Source of the DNA: Antedon mediterranea
Taxonomy: Eukaryota; Animalia; Echinodermata
Length of the DNA: 64,000 bases
Reading direction: 5' to 3'
Assembly: GCF_964355755.1 (NCBI RefSeq)
Contig: NC_092673.1
Location: 10,354,001-10,418,000 of the forward strand
Shown here: positions 23,742-38,397 of the stretch, in pieces
Layout: every line of letters begins with the position of its first letter
How positions within the stretch are numbered: position 1 is the stretch's first letter
Notes under the pieces: model-generated
What the model was told of the DNA's origin: nothing
What the model saw: the letters and a program-made list of their open reading frames with translations, nothing else
The model's database searches: none
Made by a program: the position numbers and the translations under genes

Positions 23742-26700
23742 TCAAGTTTTTTCGAAATGCACAAAATGGTCTAAAACGTCTCCAAATGCGATTTGAAGTT
23801 ATTTTGTGCACTTTGATGTTTTGTGTGAAAAGTTTTATCGAAATGCTCAAAATGGTCTAAAACGGTTTCAAATGTGATTTTAAGCACTTTGATATTTTTG
23901 TGTAATCAAGTTTCATCGAAATGCACAAAATGGTCTAAAACGTCTGCAAATGCGATTTGAAGCTATTGTGTAATTTTAAGAACTTTGATATTTTTGTGTA
24001 ATCAAGTTTAATCGAAATGCACAAAATGGTCTAAAACGTCTCCAAATGCGATTTGAAGCTATTTTGTGCACTTTGATGGTTTTGTGTGAAAAGTTTCATC
24101 GAAATGCACAAAATGGTCTAAAACGTCTCCGAATACGATATTAAGCTATTTTATGCACTTTGATGTTTTTGTGTGAAAAGTTTTTTCGAAATGCACAAAA
24201 TGGTCTAAAACGTCTCCAAATGCGATTTGGAGCTCTTTTGTGCACTTTGATGTTTTGTGTAAAAAGTTTTATAGAAATGCTCGAAATGGTCTAAAACGGT
24301 TTCAAATGTGATTTTAAGCACTTTAATGTTTTGTGTGAAAAGTTTTATCGAAATGCTCAAAATGGTCTAAAACGTTTTCAAATGTGATTTTAAGCACTTT
24401 GATATTTTTGTGTAATCAAGTTTTTTCGAAATGCACAACATGGTCTAAAACTTCTCCAAATGCGATTTGAAGCTATTTTGTGCACTTTGTTGTTTTTTTG
24501 TGAAGAGTTTCATCGAAACGCACAAAATGGTCTAAAACGTCTCCCAATCCGATATTAAGCTATTGTATGCACTTTGTTGTTTTTGTGTGAAAAGTTTCAT
24601 CGAAATGCTCAAAATGGTCTAAAACGTCTCCAAATGCGATTTGAAGCTATTTTGTGCACTTTGATGTTTTTGTGTGAAAAGTTTCATCGAAATGCACAAA
24701 ATGGTCTAAAACGTCTCTAAATGTGATTTGAAGCTATTTTGTGCACTTTGATGGTTTTTTGTGAAAAGTTTCATCGAAATGCACAAAATGGTCTAAAACG
24801 TCTCCAAATGCGATTTGAAGCTATTTTGTGCACTTTGTTGTTTTGTGTGAAAAGTTTCATCGAAATGCACAAAATGGTCTAAAACGGTTTCAAATGTGAT
24901 TTTAAGCACTTTGATATTTTTGTGTAATCAAGTTTTTTCGAAATGCACAACATGGTCTAAAACGTCTCCAAATGCGATTTGAAGTTATTTTGTGCACTTT
25001 GATGTTTTGTGTGAAAAGTTTTATCGAAATGCTCAAAATGGTCTAAAACGGTTTCAAATGTGATTTTAAGCACTTTGATATTTTTGTGTAATCAAGTTTC
25101 ATCGAAATACACAAAATGGTCTAAAACGTCTGCAAATGCGATTTGAAGCTATTGTGTGATTTTAAGAACTTTGATATTTTTGTGTAATCAAGTTTCTTCG
25201 AAATGCACAAAATGGTCTAAAACGTCTGCAAATGCGATTTGAAGCTATTTTGTGCACTTTGATGGTTTTGTGTAAAAAGTTTCATCGAAATGCACAAAAT
25301 GGTCAAAAACGTCTCCAAATGCGATTTGAAGCTATTTTGTGCACTTTGTTATTTTGTGTGAAAAGTTTCATCGAAATGTACAAAATGGACTAAAACGGTT
25401 TCAAATGTGATTTTAAGCACTTTGATATTTTTGTGTAATCAAGTTTTTTCGAAATGCACAAAATGGTCTAAAACGTCTCCAAATGCGATTTGAAGTTATT
25501 TTGTGCACTTTGAAGTTTTGTGTAATGAAACGCACAAAATGGTCTAAAACGTCTCCAAATGCGATTTGAAGCTATTTTGTGCACTTTGTTTTTTTGTGTG
25601 AAAAGTTTCATCGAAATGCACAAATTGGTCTAAAACGTCTCCAAATACGATATTAAGCTGTTGTATGCACTTTGATGTTTTTGTGTGAAAAGTTTTTTCG
25701 AAATACACAAAATGGTCTAAAACGTCTCCAAATACGATTTGAAGCTCTTTTGTGCACTTTGATGTTTTGTGTAAAAAGTTTTCTAGAAATGCACAAAATG
25801 GTCTAAAACGGTTTCAAATGTGATTTTAAGCACTTTGATATTTTTGTGTAATCAAGTTTTTTCGAAATGCACAACATGGCCTAAAACGTCTCCAAATGCG
25901 ATTTGAAGCTATTTTGTGCACTTTGTTGTTTTTTGTGAAAAGTTTCATCGAAACGCACAAAATTGTCTAAAACGTCTCCAAATACGATATTAAGCTATTG
26001 TATGCACTTTGTTGTTTTTGTATGAAAAGTTTCATCGAAATGCTCAAAATGGTCTAAAACATCTCTAAATGTGATTTGAAGCTATTTTGTGCACTTTGAT
26101 GTTTTGTGTAAAAAGTTTATAGAAATGCTCGAAATGGTCTAAAACATCTTCAAATGTGATTTTAAGCACTTTAATGTTTTGTGTGAAAAGTTTTATCGAA
26201 ATGCTCAAAATGGTCTAAAACGGTTTCAAATGTGATTTTAAGCACTTTGATATTTTTGTGTAATCAAGTTTTTTCGAAATGCACAATATGGTCTAAAACG
26301 TCTCAAAATACGATATTAAGCTATTGTATGCACTTTGATGTTTTTCGGTGAAAAGTTTTTTCGAAATGCACAAAATGGTCTAAAACGTCTCCAAATGCGA
26401 TTTGGAGCTCTTTTGTGCACTTCGATGTTTTGTGTAAATAGTTTATAGAAATGCTCGAAATGGTCTAAAACATCTTCAAATGTGATTTTAAGCACTTTAA
26501 TGTTTTGTGTGAAAAGTTTTATCGAAATGCTCAAAATGGTCTAAAACGGTTTCAAATGTGATTTTAAGCACTTTGATATTTATGTATAATCAAGTTTCAT
26601 CGAAATGCACAAAATGGTCTAAAACGTCTCCAAATGCGATTTGAAGCTATTTTGTGCACTTTGATGGTTTTGTGTGAAAAGTTTCATCGAAATGCACAAA

Positions 26701-29700
26701 ATGGTCAAAAACGTCTCCAAATACGATAATAAGCTTTTGTATGCCCATTGATGTTTTTGTGTGAAAAGTCTCATCGAAATGCACAAAATGGTCTAAAACG
26801 TCTCCAAATGCGATTTGAAGCTATTTTGTGCACTTTGATGTTTTGTGTAATGAAACGCACAAAATGGTCTAAAACGTCTCCAAATACGATATTAAGCTAT
26901 TTTATGCACTTTGATGTTTTGTGTAATGAAACGCACAAAATGGTCTAAAACGTCTCCAAATGCGATTTGAAGCTATTTTGTGCACTTTGTTGTTTTGTGT
27001 GAAAAGTTTCATCGAAATGCACAAATTGGTCTAAAACGTCTCCAAATACGATATTAAGCTATTATATGCACTTTGTTGTTTTTGTGTGAAAAGTTTTTTC
27101 GAAATACACAAAATGGTCTAAAACATCTCCAAATACGATTTGAAGCTCTTTTGTGCACTTTGATGTTTTGTGTAAAAAGTTTTCTAGAAATGCACAAAAT
27201 GGTCTAAAACGGTTTCAAATGTGATTTTAAGCACTTTGATATTTTTGTGTAATCAAGTTTTTTCGAAATGCACAACATGGCCTAAAACGTCTCCAAATGC
27301 GATTTGAACCTATTTTGTGCACTTTGTTGTTTTTTTGTGAAAAGTTTCATCGAAACGCACAAAATTGTCTAAAACGTCTCCAAATACGATATTAAGTTAT
27401 TGTATGCACTTTGTTGTTTTTGTGTGAAAAGTTTCATCGAAATGCTCAAAATGGTTTAAAACGTCTCCAAATTCGATTTGAAGCTATTTTGTGCACTTTG
27501 ATGTTTTTGTGTGAAAAGTTTCATCGAAATGCACAAAATGGTCTAAAACGTCTCTAAATGCGATTTGAAGCTATTTTGTGCACATTGATGTTTTTGTGTG
27601 AAAGGTTTGATCGAAATGCACAAAATAGTCTAAAACGTCTCCAAATACGATTTGAAGCTTTTTTCTGCACTTTGATGTTTTGTTTGAAAAGTTTCATCGG
27701 AATGCACAAAATGTTCTAAAACGTCTACAAATACGATATTAAGCTATTTTATGTATTTTGATGTTTTTGTGTGAAGAGTTTTATGGAAATGCTCAAAATG
27801 GTCTAAAACGGTCTCAAATGTGATTTTAAGCACTTTGATACTTTTGTGTAATCCAGTTTCATCGAAATGCACAAAATGGTCTAAAACGTCTCCAAATGCG
27901 ATTTGAAGCTATTTTGTGCACTTTTATGTTTTGTGTGAAAAGTTTCATCGAAATGCACAAAATGGTCTAAAACGTCTCCAAATGCGATTTGAAGCTATTT
28001 TGTGTACTTTGATGTTTTGTGTGAAAAGTTTCATCGAAATGCACAAAATTGTCTAAAACGTCTCCAAATACGATTTGAAGCTATTTTGTGCACTTTGATG
28101 TTTTTGTGTGAAAAGTTTCATCGAAATCCACAAAATGGTCTAAAACGTCTCCAAATATGATATTAAGCTATTATATGCACTTTGTTGTTTTTGTCTCAAA
28201 AGTTTACGCGAAATGCACAAAATGGTCTAAAACGTCTCTAAATGCGATTTGAAGTTATTTTGTGCACTTTGTTGTTTTGTGTGAAAAGTTTCATCGAAAT
28301 GCACAAAATTGTCTAAAACGTCTCCAAATACGATTTGAAGCTATTTTGTGCACTTTGATGTTTTTGTGTGAAAAGTTTCATCGAAATGCACAAAATGGTC
28401 TAAAACGTCTCCAAATATGATATTAAGCTATTATATGCACTTTGTTGTTTTTGTCTCAAAAGTTTTCACGAAATGCACAAAATGGTCTAAAACGTCTCTA
28501 AATGCGATCTGAAGTTATTTTGTGCACTTTGATGTTTTGTGTGAAAAGTTTTATCGAAATGCTCAAAATGGTCTAAAACGGTTTCAAATGGGATTTTAAG
28601 CACTTTGATGTTTTTGTGTAATCAAGTTTCATCGAAATGCACAAAATGGTCTAAAACGTCTGCAAATGCGATTTGAAGCTATTTTGTGCACTTTGATGTT
28701 TTGTGTATTCCAGTTTCATTGAAATGTACAAAATTGTCTAAAACCTTTCAAAATGCGATTTGAAGCTATTTTGTGCACTTTAATGTTTTGTGTGAAAAGT
28801 TTTATCGAAATGCTCAAAATGGTCTAAAACGGTTTCAAATGTGATTTTAAGCACTTTGATATTTTTGTGTAATCAAGTTTTTTCGAAATGCACAACATGG
28901 TCTAAAACGTCTCCAAATGCGATTTGAAGCTATTTTGTGCACTTTGATGTTTTGTGTAATGAAACGCACAAAATGGTCTAAAACTTCTCCAAATGCGATT
29001 TGAAGCTATTTTGTGCACTTTGTTGTTTTGTGTGAAAAGTTTCATCGAAATGCTCAAAATGTTTTGTGTAATGAAACGCACAAAATGGTCTAAAACTTCT
29101 CCAAATACGATTTGAAGCTATTTTGTGCACTTAGTTGTTTTTTTGTGAAGAGTTTCATCGAAACGCACAAAATGGTCTAAAACGTCTCCAAATACGATAT
29201 TAAGCTATTGTATGCACTTTGTTGTTTTTGTGTGAAAAGTTTCATCGAAATGCTCAAATTGGTCTAAAACGTCTCCAAATGCGATTTGAAGCCATTTTGT
29301 GCACTTTGATGTTTTTGTGTGAAAAGTTTCATCGAAATGCACAAAATGGTCTAAAACGTTTCCAAATACGATATTAAGCTATTGTATGCACTTTGTTGTT
29401 TTTGTGTGAAAAGTTTCATCGAAATGCTCAAAATGGTCTAAAACGTCTCCAAATGCGATTTGAAGCTATTTTGTGCACTTTGATGTTTTTGTGTGAAAAG
29501 TTTCATCGAAATGCACAAAATGGTCTAAAACGTCTCTAAATTCGATTTGAAGCTATTTTGTGCACATTGATGTTTTTGTGTGAAAAGTTTGATCGAAATG
29601 CACAAAATGGTCTAAAACGTCTCCAAATACGATTTGAAGCTATTTTCTGCACTTTGATGTTTTGTTTGAAAAGTTTCATCGAAATGCACAAAAAGTTCTA

Positions 29701-32700
29701 AAACGTCTCCAAATACGATATTAAGCTATTGTATGTATCTTGATGTTTTTGTGTGAAAAGTTTTATGGAAATGCTCAAAATGGTCTAAAACGGTCTCAAA
29801 TGTGATTTTAAGAACTTTGATATTTTTGTGTAATCAAGTTTTCTTCGAAATGCACAACATGGTCTAAAACGTCTCCAAATGCGATTTGAAGCTATTTTGT
29901 GCACTTTGATTTTTTGTGTAATGAAACGCACAAAATGGTCTAAAACGTCTCTAAATGCGATTTGAAGCTATTTTGTGCACTTTGTTGTTTTATGTGAAAA
30001 GTTTCATCAAAATGCACAAAATGGTCTAAAACGTCTCCAAATACGATATTAAGCTATTGTATGCACTTTGTTGTTTTTGTGTGAAAAGTTTTTTCGAAAT
30101 ACACAAAATGGTCTAAAACGTCTCCAAATGCGATTTGGAGCTCTTTTGTGCACTTTGATGTTTTGTGTGAAAAGTTTCATCGAAATGCACAAAATGGTCT
30201 AAAACGTCTCTAAATGCGATTTGAAGCTATTTTGTGCACATTGATGTTTTTGTGTGAAAAGTTTCATCGAAATGGACAAAATGTTCTAAAACGTCTCCAA
30301 ATACGATATTAAGCTATTGTATGTATTTTGATGTTTTTGTGTGAAAAGTTTTATCGAAATCCACAAAATGGTCTAAAACGTCTGCAAATGCGATTTGAAG
30401 CTATTTTGTGCACTTTGATGTTTTGTGTAATCCAGTTTCATCGAAATGTACAAAATTGTCTAAAACCTCTCAAAATGCGATTTGAAGCTATTTTGTGCAC
30501 TTTGATGTTTTTGTGTGAAAAGTTTCATCGAAATGCACAAAATTGTCTAAAACGTCTCCAAATACGATATTAAGCTATTGTATACACTTTGATGTTTTTG
30601 TGTGAAAAGTTTTTTCGAAATGCACAAATTGGTCTAAAACGTTTCAAAATACGATAATAAGCTTTTGTATGCACATTGATGTTTTTGTGTGAAAAGTTTC
30701 ACCAAAATGCACAAAATGGTCTAAAACGTCTCCAAATGCGATTTGAAGCTATTTTGTGCACTTTGATGTTTTGTGTAATGAAACGCACAAAATGGTCTAA
30801 AACGTCTCCAAATGCGATTTGAAGCTATATTGTGCACTTTGATGTTTTGTGTGAAAAGTTTAACCAAAATGCACAAAATGGTCTAAAACGTCTCCAAATC
30901 CGTTTTGAAGCTAATCTAAGCACTTTGATGTTTTTATGTTAACAAGTTTTTTCGAAATGCACAAAATGGTCTAAAACGTCTCCAAATGCGATTTGGAGCT
31001 CTTTTGTGCACTTTGATGTTTTGTGTAAAAAGTTTTATAGAAATGCTCGAAATGGTCTAAAACGGTTTCAAATGTGATTTTAAGCACTTTAATGTTTTGT
31101 GTGAAAAGTTTTATCGAAATGCTCAACATGGTCTAAAACGGTTTCAAATGTGATTTTAAGCACTTTGATATTTTTGTGTAATCAAGTTTTTTCGAAATGC
31201 ACAACATGGTCTAAAACGTCTCCAAATGCGATTTGAAGCTATTTTGTGCACTTTGTTGTTTTTTTGTGAAAAGTTTCATCGAAACGCACAAAATTGTCTA
31301 AAACGTCTCCAAATACGATATTAAGCTATTGTATGCACTTTGTTGTTTTTGTGTGAAAAGTTTCATCGAAATGCTCAAAATGGTTTAAAACGTCTCCAAA
31401 TTCGATTTGAAGCTATTTTGTGCACTTTGATGTTTTTGTGTGAAAAGTTTCATCGAAATGCACAAAATGGTCTAAAACGTCTCTAAATGCGATTTGAAGC
31501 TATTTTGTGCACATTGATGTTTTTGTGTGAAAAGTTTGATCGAAATGCACAAAATGGTCTAAAACGTCTCCAAATACGATTTGAAGCTATTTTCTGCACT
31601 TTGATGTTTGGTTTGAAAAGTTTCATCGGAATGCACAAAATGTTCTAAAACGTCTACAAATACGATATTAAGCTATTTTATGTATTTTGATGTTTTTGTG
31701 TGAAAAGTTTTATGGAAATGCTCAAAATGGTCTAAAACGGTCTCAAATGTGATTTTAAGCACTTTGATACTTTTGTGTAATCCAGTTTCATCGAAATGCA
31801 CAAAATGGTCTAAAACGTCTCCAAATGCGATTTGAAGCTATTTTGTGCACTTTTATGTTTTGTGTGAAAAGTTTCATCGAAATGCACAAAATGGTCTAAA
31901 ACGTCTCCAAATGCGATTTGAAGCTATTTTGTGTACTTTGATGTTTTGTGTGAAAAGTTTCATCGAAATGCACAAAATTGTCTAAAACGTCTCCAAATAC
32001 GATTTGAAGCTATTTTGTGCACTTTGATGTTTTTGTGTGAAAAGTTTCATCGAAATCCACAAAATGGTCTAAAACGTCTCCAAATATGATGTTAAGCTAT
32101 TGTATGCACTTTGTTGTTTTTGTCTCAAAAGTTTACGCGAAATGCACAAAATGGTCTAAAACGTCTCTAAATGCGATTTGAAGTTATTTTGTGCACTTTG
32201 TTGTTTTGTGTGAAAGGTTTCATCGAAATGCACAAAATTGTCTAAAACGTCTCAGAATACGATTTGAAGCTATTTTGTGCACTTTGATGTTTTTGTGTGA
32301 AAAAATTCATCGAAATGCACAAAATGGTCTAAAACGGTTTCAAATGGGATTTTAAGCACTTTGATGTTTTTGTGTAATCAAGTTTCATCGAAATGCACAA
32401 AATGGTCTAAAACGTCTGCAAATGCGATTTGAAGCTATTTTGTGCACTTTGATGTTTTGTGTAATGAAACGCACAAAATGGTCTAAAACTTCTCCAAATG
32501 CGATTTGAAGCTATTTTGTGCACTTTGTTGTTTTGTGTGAAAAGTTTCATCGAAATGCTCAAAATGTTTTGTGTAATGAAACGCACAAAATGGTCTAAAA
32601 CTTCTCCAAATACGATTTGAAGCTATTTTGTGCACTTAGTTGTTTTTTTGTGAAGAGTTTCATCGAAACGCACAAAATGGTCTAAAACGTCTCCAAATAC

Positions 32701-35700
32701 GATATTAAGCTATTGTATGCACTTTGTTGTTTTTGTGTGAAAAGTTTCATCGAAATGCTCAAATTGGTCTAAAACGTCTCCAAATGCGATTTGAAGCCAT
32801 TTTGTGCACTTTGATGTTTTTGTGTGAAAAGTTTCATCGAAATGCACAAAATGGTCTAAAACGTCTCCAAATACGATATTAAGCTATTGTATGCACTTTG
32901 TTGTTTTTGTGTGAAAAGTTTCATCGAAATGCTCAAAATGGTCTAAAACGTCTCCAAATGCGATTTGAAGCTATTTTGTGCACTTTGATGTTTTTGTGTG
33001 AAAAGTTTCATCGAAATGCACAAAATGGTCTAAAACGTCTCTAAATGCGATTTGAAGCTATTTTGTGCACATTGATGTTTTTGTGTGAAAAGTTTGATCG
33101 AAATGCACAAAATGGTCTAAAACGTCTCCAAATACGATTTGAAGCTATTTTCTGCACTTTGATGTTTTGTTTGAAAAGTTTCATCGAAATGCACAAAAAG
33201 TTCTAAAACGTCTCCAAATACGATATTAAGCTATTGTATGTATCTTGATGTTTTTGTGTGAAAAGTTTTATGGAAATGCTCAAAATGGTCTAAAACGGTC
33301 TCAAATGTGATTTTAAGAACTTTGATATTTTTGTGTAATCAAGTTTTCTTCGAAATGCACAACATGGTCTAAAACGTCTCCAAATGCGATTTGAAGCTAT
33401 TTTGTGCACTTTGATTTTTTGTGTAATGAAACGCACAAAATGGTCTAAAACGTCTCTAAATGCGATTTGAAGCTATTTTGTGCACTTTGTTGTTTTATGT
33501 GAAAAGTTTCATCAAAATGCACAAAATGGTCTAAAACGTCTCCAAATACGATATTAAGCTATTGTATGCACTTTGTTGTTTTTGTGTGAAAAGTTTTTTC
33601 GAAATACACAAAATGGTCTAAAACGTCTCCAAATGCGATTTGGAGCTCTTTTGTGCACTTTGATGTTTTGTGTGAAAAGTTTCATCGAAATGCACAAAAT
33701 GGTCTAAAACGTCTCTCAATGCGATTTGAAGCTATTTTGTGCACATTGATGTTTTTGTGTGAAAAGTTTCATCGAAATGGACAAAATGTTCTAAAACGTC
33801 TCCAAATACGATATTAAGCTATTGTATGTATTTTGATGTTTTTGTGTGAAAAGTTTTATCGAAATCCACAAAATGGTCTAAAACGTCTGCAAATGCGATT
33901 TGAAGCTATTTTGTGCACTTTGATGTTTTGTGTAATCCAGTTTCATCGAAATGTACAAAATTGTCTAAAACCTCTCAAAATGCGATTTGAAGCTATTTTG
34001 TGCACTTTGATGTTTTTGTGTGAAAAGTTTCATCGAAATGCACAAAATTGTCTAAAACGTCTCCAAATACGATATTAAGCTATTGTATACACTTTGATGT
34101 TTTTGTGTGAAAAGTTTTTTCGAAATGCACAAATTGGTCTAAAACGTTTCAAAATACGATAATAAGCTTTTGTATGCACATTGATGTTTTGTGTGAAAAG
34201 TTTCACCAAAATGCACAAAATGGTCTAAAACGTCTCTAAATGCGATTTGAAGCTATTTTGTGCACATTGATGTTTTTGTGTGAAAAGTTTGATCGAAATG
34301 CACAAAATGGTCTAAAACGTCTCCAAATACGATTTGAAGCTATTTTCTGCACTTTGATGTTTTGTTTGAAAAGTTTCATCGAAATGCACAAAAAGTTCTA
34401 AAACGTCTCCAAATACGATATTAAGCTATTGTATGTATCTTGATGTTTTTGTGTGAAAAGTTTTATGGAAATGCTCAAAATGGTCTAAAACGGTCTCAAA
34501 TGTGATTTTAAGAACTTTGATATTTTTGTGTAATCAAGTTTTCTTCGAAATGCACAACACGGTCTAAAACGTCTCCAAATGCGATTTGAAGCTATTTTGT
34601 GCACTTTGATTTTTTGTGTAATGAAACGCACAAAATGGTCTAAAACGTCTCTAAATGCGATTTGAAGCTATTTTGTGCACTTTGTTGTTTTATGTGAAAA
34701 GTTTCAACAAAATGCACAAAATGGTCTAAAACGTCTCCAAATACGATATTAAGCTATTGTATGCACTTTGTTGTTTTTGTGTGAAAAGTTTTTTCGAAAT
34801 ACACAAAATGGTCTAAAACGTCTCCAAATCCGTTTTGAAGCTAATCTAAGCACTTTGATGTTTTTATGTTAACAAGTTTTTTCGAAATGCACAAAATGGT
34901 CTAAAACGTCTCCAAATACGATTTGAAGCTCTTTTGTGCACTTTGATGTTTTGTGTAAAAAGTTTTATAGAAATGCACAAAATGGTCTAAAACGGTTTCA
35001 AATGTGATTTTAAGCACTTTGATATTTTTGTTTAACCAAGTTTCATCGAAATGCACAAAATGGTCTAAAACGTCTGCAAATGCGATTTGAAGCTATTTTG
35101 TGCACTTTGATGTTTTGTGTAATCCAGTTTCATCGAAATGTACAAAATTGTCTAAAACCTCTCAAAATGCGATTTGAAGCTATTTTGTGCACTTTGATGT
35201 TTTTGTGTGAAAAGTTTCATCGAAATGCACAAAATTGTCTAAAACGTCTCCAAATACGATATTAAGCTATTGTATACACTTTGATGTTTTTGTGTGAAAA
35301 GTTTTTTCGAAATGCACAAATTGGTCTAAAGCGTTTCAAAATACGATAATAAGCTTTTGTATGCACATTGATGTTTTGTGTGAAAAGTTTCACCAAAATG
35401 CACAAAATGGTCTAAAACGTCTCCAAATGCGATTTGAAGCTATTTTGTGCACTTTGATGTTTTGTGTAATGAAACGCACAAAATGGTCTAAAACGTCTCC
35501 AAATGCGATTTGAAGCTATATTGTGCACTTTGATGTTTTGTGTGAAAAGTTTAAACAAAATGCACAAAATGGTCTAAAACGTCTCCAAATCCGTTTTGAA
35601 GCTAATCTAAGCACTTTGATGTTTTTATGTTAACAAGTTTTTTCGAAATGCACAAAATGGTCTAAAACGTCTCCAAATACGATTTGAAGCTCTTTTGTGC

Positions 35701-36660
35701 ACTTTGATGTTTTGTGTAAAAAGTTTTATAGAAATGCACAAAATGGTCTAAAACGGTTTCAAATGTGATTTTAAGCACTTTGATATTTTTGTTTAACCAA
35801 GTTTCATCGAAATGCACAAAATGGTCTAAAACGTCTGCAAATGCGATTTGAAGCTATTTTGTGCACTTTGATGTTTTGTGTAATCCAGTTTCATCGAAAT
35901 GTACAAAATTGTCTAAAACCTCTCAAAATGCGATTTGAAGCTATTTTGTGCACTTTGATGTTTTTGTGTGAAAAGTTTCATCGAAATGCACAAAATTGTC
36001 TAAAACGTCTCCAAATACGATATTAAGCTATTGTATGCACTTTGATGTTTTTGAGTGAAAAGTTTTTTCGAAATGCACAAAATGGTCTAAAACGTCTCCA
36101 AATGCGATTTGGAGCTCTTTTGTGCACTTTGATGTTTTGTGTAAAAAGTTTGCTATTTTGTGCACTTTAATGTTTTGTGTGAAAAGTTTTATCGAAATGC
36201 TGAAAATGGTCTAAAACGGTTTCAAATGCGATTTTAAGCACTTTGATATTTTTGTGTAATCAAGTTTTTTCGAAATGCACAACATGGTCTAAAACGTCTC
36301 CAAATGCGATTTGAAGCTATTTTGTGCACTTTGTTGTTTTTTGTAAAAAGTTTCATCGAAACGCACAAAATTGTCTAAAACGTCTCCAAATACGATATTA
36401 AGCTATTGTATGCACTTTGTTGTTTTTGTGTGAAAAGTTTCATCGAAATGCACAAAATGGTCTAAAACGTCTCCAAATGCGATTTGAAGCTATTTTGTGC
36501 ACTTTGATGTTTTTGTGTGAAAAGTTTCATCGAAATGCACAAAATGGTCTAAAACGTCTCCAAATGGGATCTGAAGCTATTTTGTGCACTTTGATGGTTT
36601 TGTGTGAAAAGTTTCATCGAAAAACACAAAATGGTCAAAATCGTCTCCAAATACGATAAT
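23742..36660 (-). repeat. 87 bp satellite, right arm segment 2 (inverted)
   Basis: Continuous reverse-complement monomers resuming in register after the TSD. Confidence 0.97.
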
Positions 36661-36776
36661 TAAGAATTGGGTTAGGAACACAATTCTATTTTGAGAACGG
36701 AGAGGGCGGGTTTTCGACCTCTTTAATCAAGCACGCTCTCTGTTAACACGATCACATTAAGTTAAAGAAAATTTTC
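36661..36776 (+). repeat. Split direct repeat A1 (116 bp)
   Basis: TAAGAATTGGGTTAGGAAC...AAAATTTTC, identical by eye to 41284..41399. Confidence 0.95.
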
Positions 36777-37073
36777 TTATTTTTCCATCACCGATTTCCA
36801 TCCTAATACGACAACTTTTTTTGCAAGTAAGTTTTCTAACAATTTGGCACCTTATGCGACACAACTCAGTTACTCATAATTTCCATGACTACAAATACAG
36901 CCCTTCCATTATGGAAGGTCTTACCTATGTACTGTATGTGGTAACATGAGTGAATTTTAGGGTGTGTCCAGGCTACTGGTAGGATTCCATTTTACACGAA
37001 GGCCAACTGTACTAATGTTCGCTCGCCATTGTGATTTACCACACGTTTTTTCGACTTTATACATATATCATTG

Positions 37074-37077
37074 TATA

Positions 37078-37120
<43 letters not shown>
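37074..37120. repeat. (AT)n microsatellite
   Basis: Direct reading. Confidence 0.9.
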
Positions 37121-37122
<2 letters not shown>

Positions 37123-37143
37123 CTGTATACTTTACACAATTAC

Positions 37144-37733
37144 TCTCTTATATGTCGTGCGATGAATGACTCGCACATGAATTGTATATGTCGTGCGATA
37201 ACGACTCGCACAGTTACCTTTGCCTTAGTCGAAGACAAGACCATACATAAATCCTCTTATATGTCGTGCGATGAATGACCCGCACATGAATTGTATATGT
37301 CGTGCGATAACGACTCGCACATGAATTTTATATGTCGTTCGATAACGACTCGCACATTTACCTTCGCCTTAGTCGAAGACAAGGCCCATACATAAATCCT
37401 TTTGTATGTCGTGCGATTAACGACTCGCACATGAATTTTATATGTCGTGCGATAATGACTCGCACATTCACTTTCGCCTTAGTCGAAGACAAGGCCCATA
37501 CATAAATCCTCTTTGTATATCGTGCGATTAACGACTCGCACATTCATTTTACATGTCGTGCGATAATGACTCGCACATTTACTTTCGCCTTAGTCGAAGA
37601 CAAGGCCCATACACAAATCCTCTTATACGTCGTGCGATGAATGACTCGCACATGAATTGTATATGTCGTGCGATAACGACTCGCACAGTTACTTTCGCTT
37701 TAGTCGACGACAATGCCCATACATAAATCCTCT
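37144..37733 (+). repeat. Composite hairpin-rich tandem array in the YR-element leader (~110 bp super-unit)
   Basis: About 11 copies of GTCGTGCGATAACGACTCGCAC (35 bp spacing) interleaved with 5 copies of CCTTAGTCGAAGACAAGGCCCATACATAAATCC. Confidence 0.9.
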
Positions 37734-38026
37734 CGTAGGAAGTTGTGATAACAGCTCTTTTAACAGTACTGTATTAGGTTCAGGCCCAAGAGTACGATTT
37801 ATACTGAAATCGGGCGTGCTTTAACCGCCAGGCACTATAGTAACCGCAAACCACATTACACATTGGTATGGTATGTCGGGCGATAACAGACTAGCATTTT
37901 CGCCTTAGTAATCAGATATTAAAACTTCGAGTATCCAGTTTTCCCTACTGTGTGATATATTCACTAAGGGACACTGTTGCTTATTTATTTCATTTATATA
38001 TATTAATTTAATAATGTATGTTATTT

Positions 38027-38215
38027 TACATGTGTATGTGTATGTATGTGTATGTGTATATGTATATATGTGTATGTATATATATATGTATGTGTATGAT
38101 CTCTACCGTTTCAAATTAATTAATTAAATTTCAGTATATCACCGGGCGGTTTAGAATTAATGTTCTTTGCCTAATGTGTTTATATATGTATATATATATA
38201 TATTAATATATACAC
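38027..38215. repeat. (TG/TA)n microsatellite patches
   Basis: TGTGTATG/TATA runs at ~38030-38098 and ~38180-38212. Confidence 0.8.
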
Positions 38216-38397
38216 ACTTCTAAAAGCTAACTTTCTATATTAACGTCTACGAATTGAAGCTTTGAATTCAGCCTAGCTCCATTATACATGTATAATACCA
38301 ATAATAATTATATCGAACGGCAATACACACTACGTTTGGTAAACATTATTAACATTTTGTATTGTCTTCTTATACCGATTTCTGCTAGGGGTTCATA

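Noticed and set aside
36964-37543. ORFs 36964..37278 and 37358..37543
   Set aside because: They run through the (AT)n and tandem repeats; spurious.
37144-37733. CRISPR-like or tRNA-like reading of the 35 bp hairpin repeats
   Set aside because: Intervening sequences are themselves repeated; no cloverleaf or A/B boxes seen.
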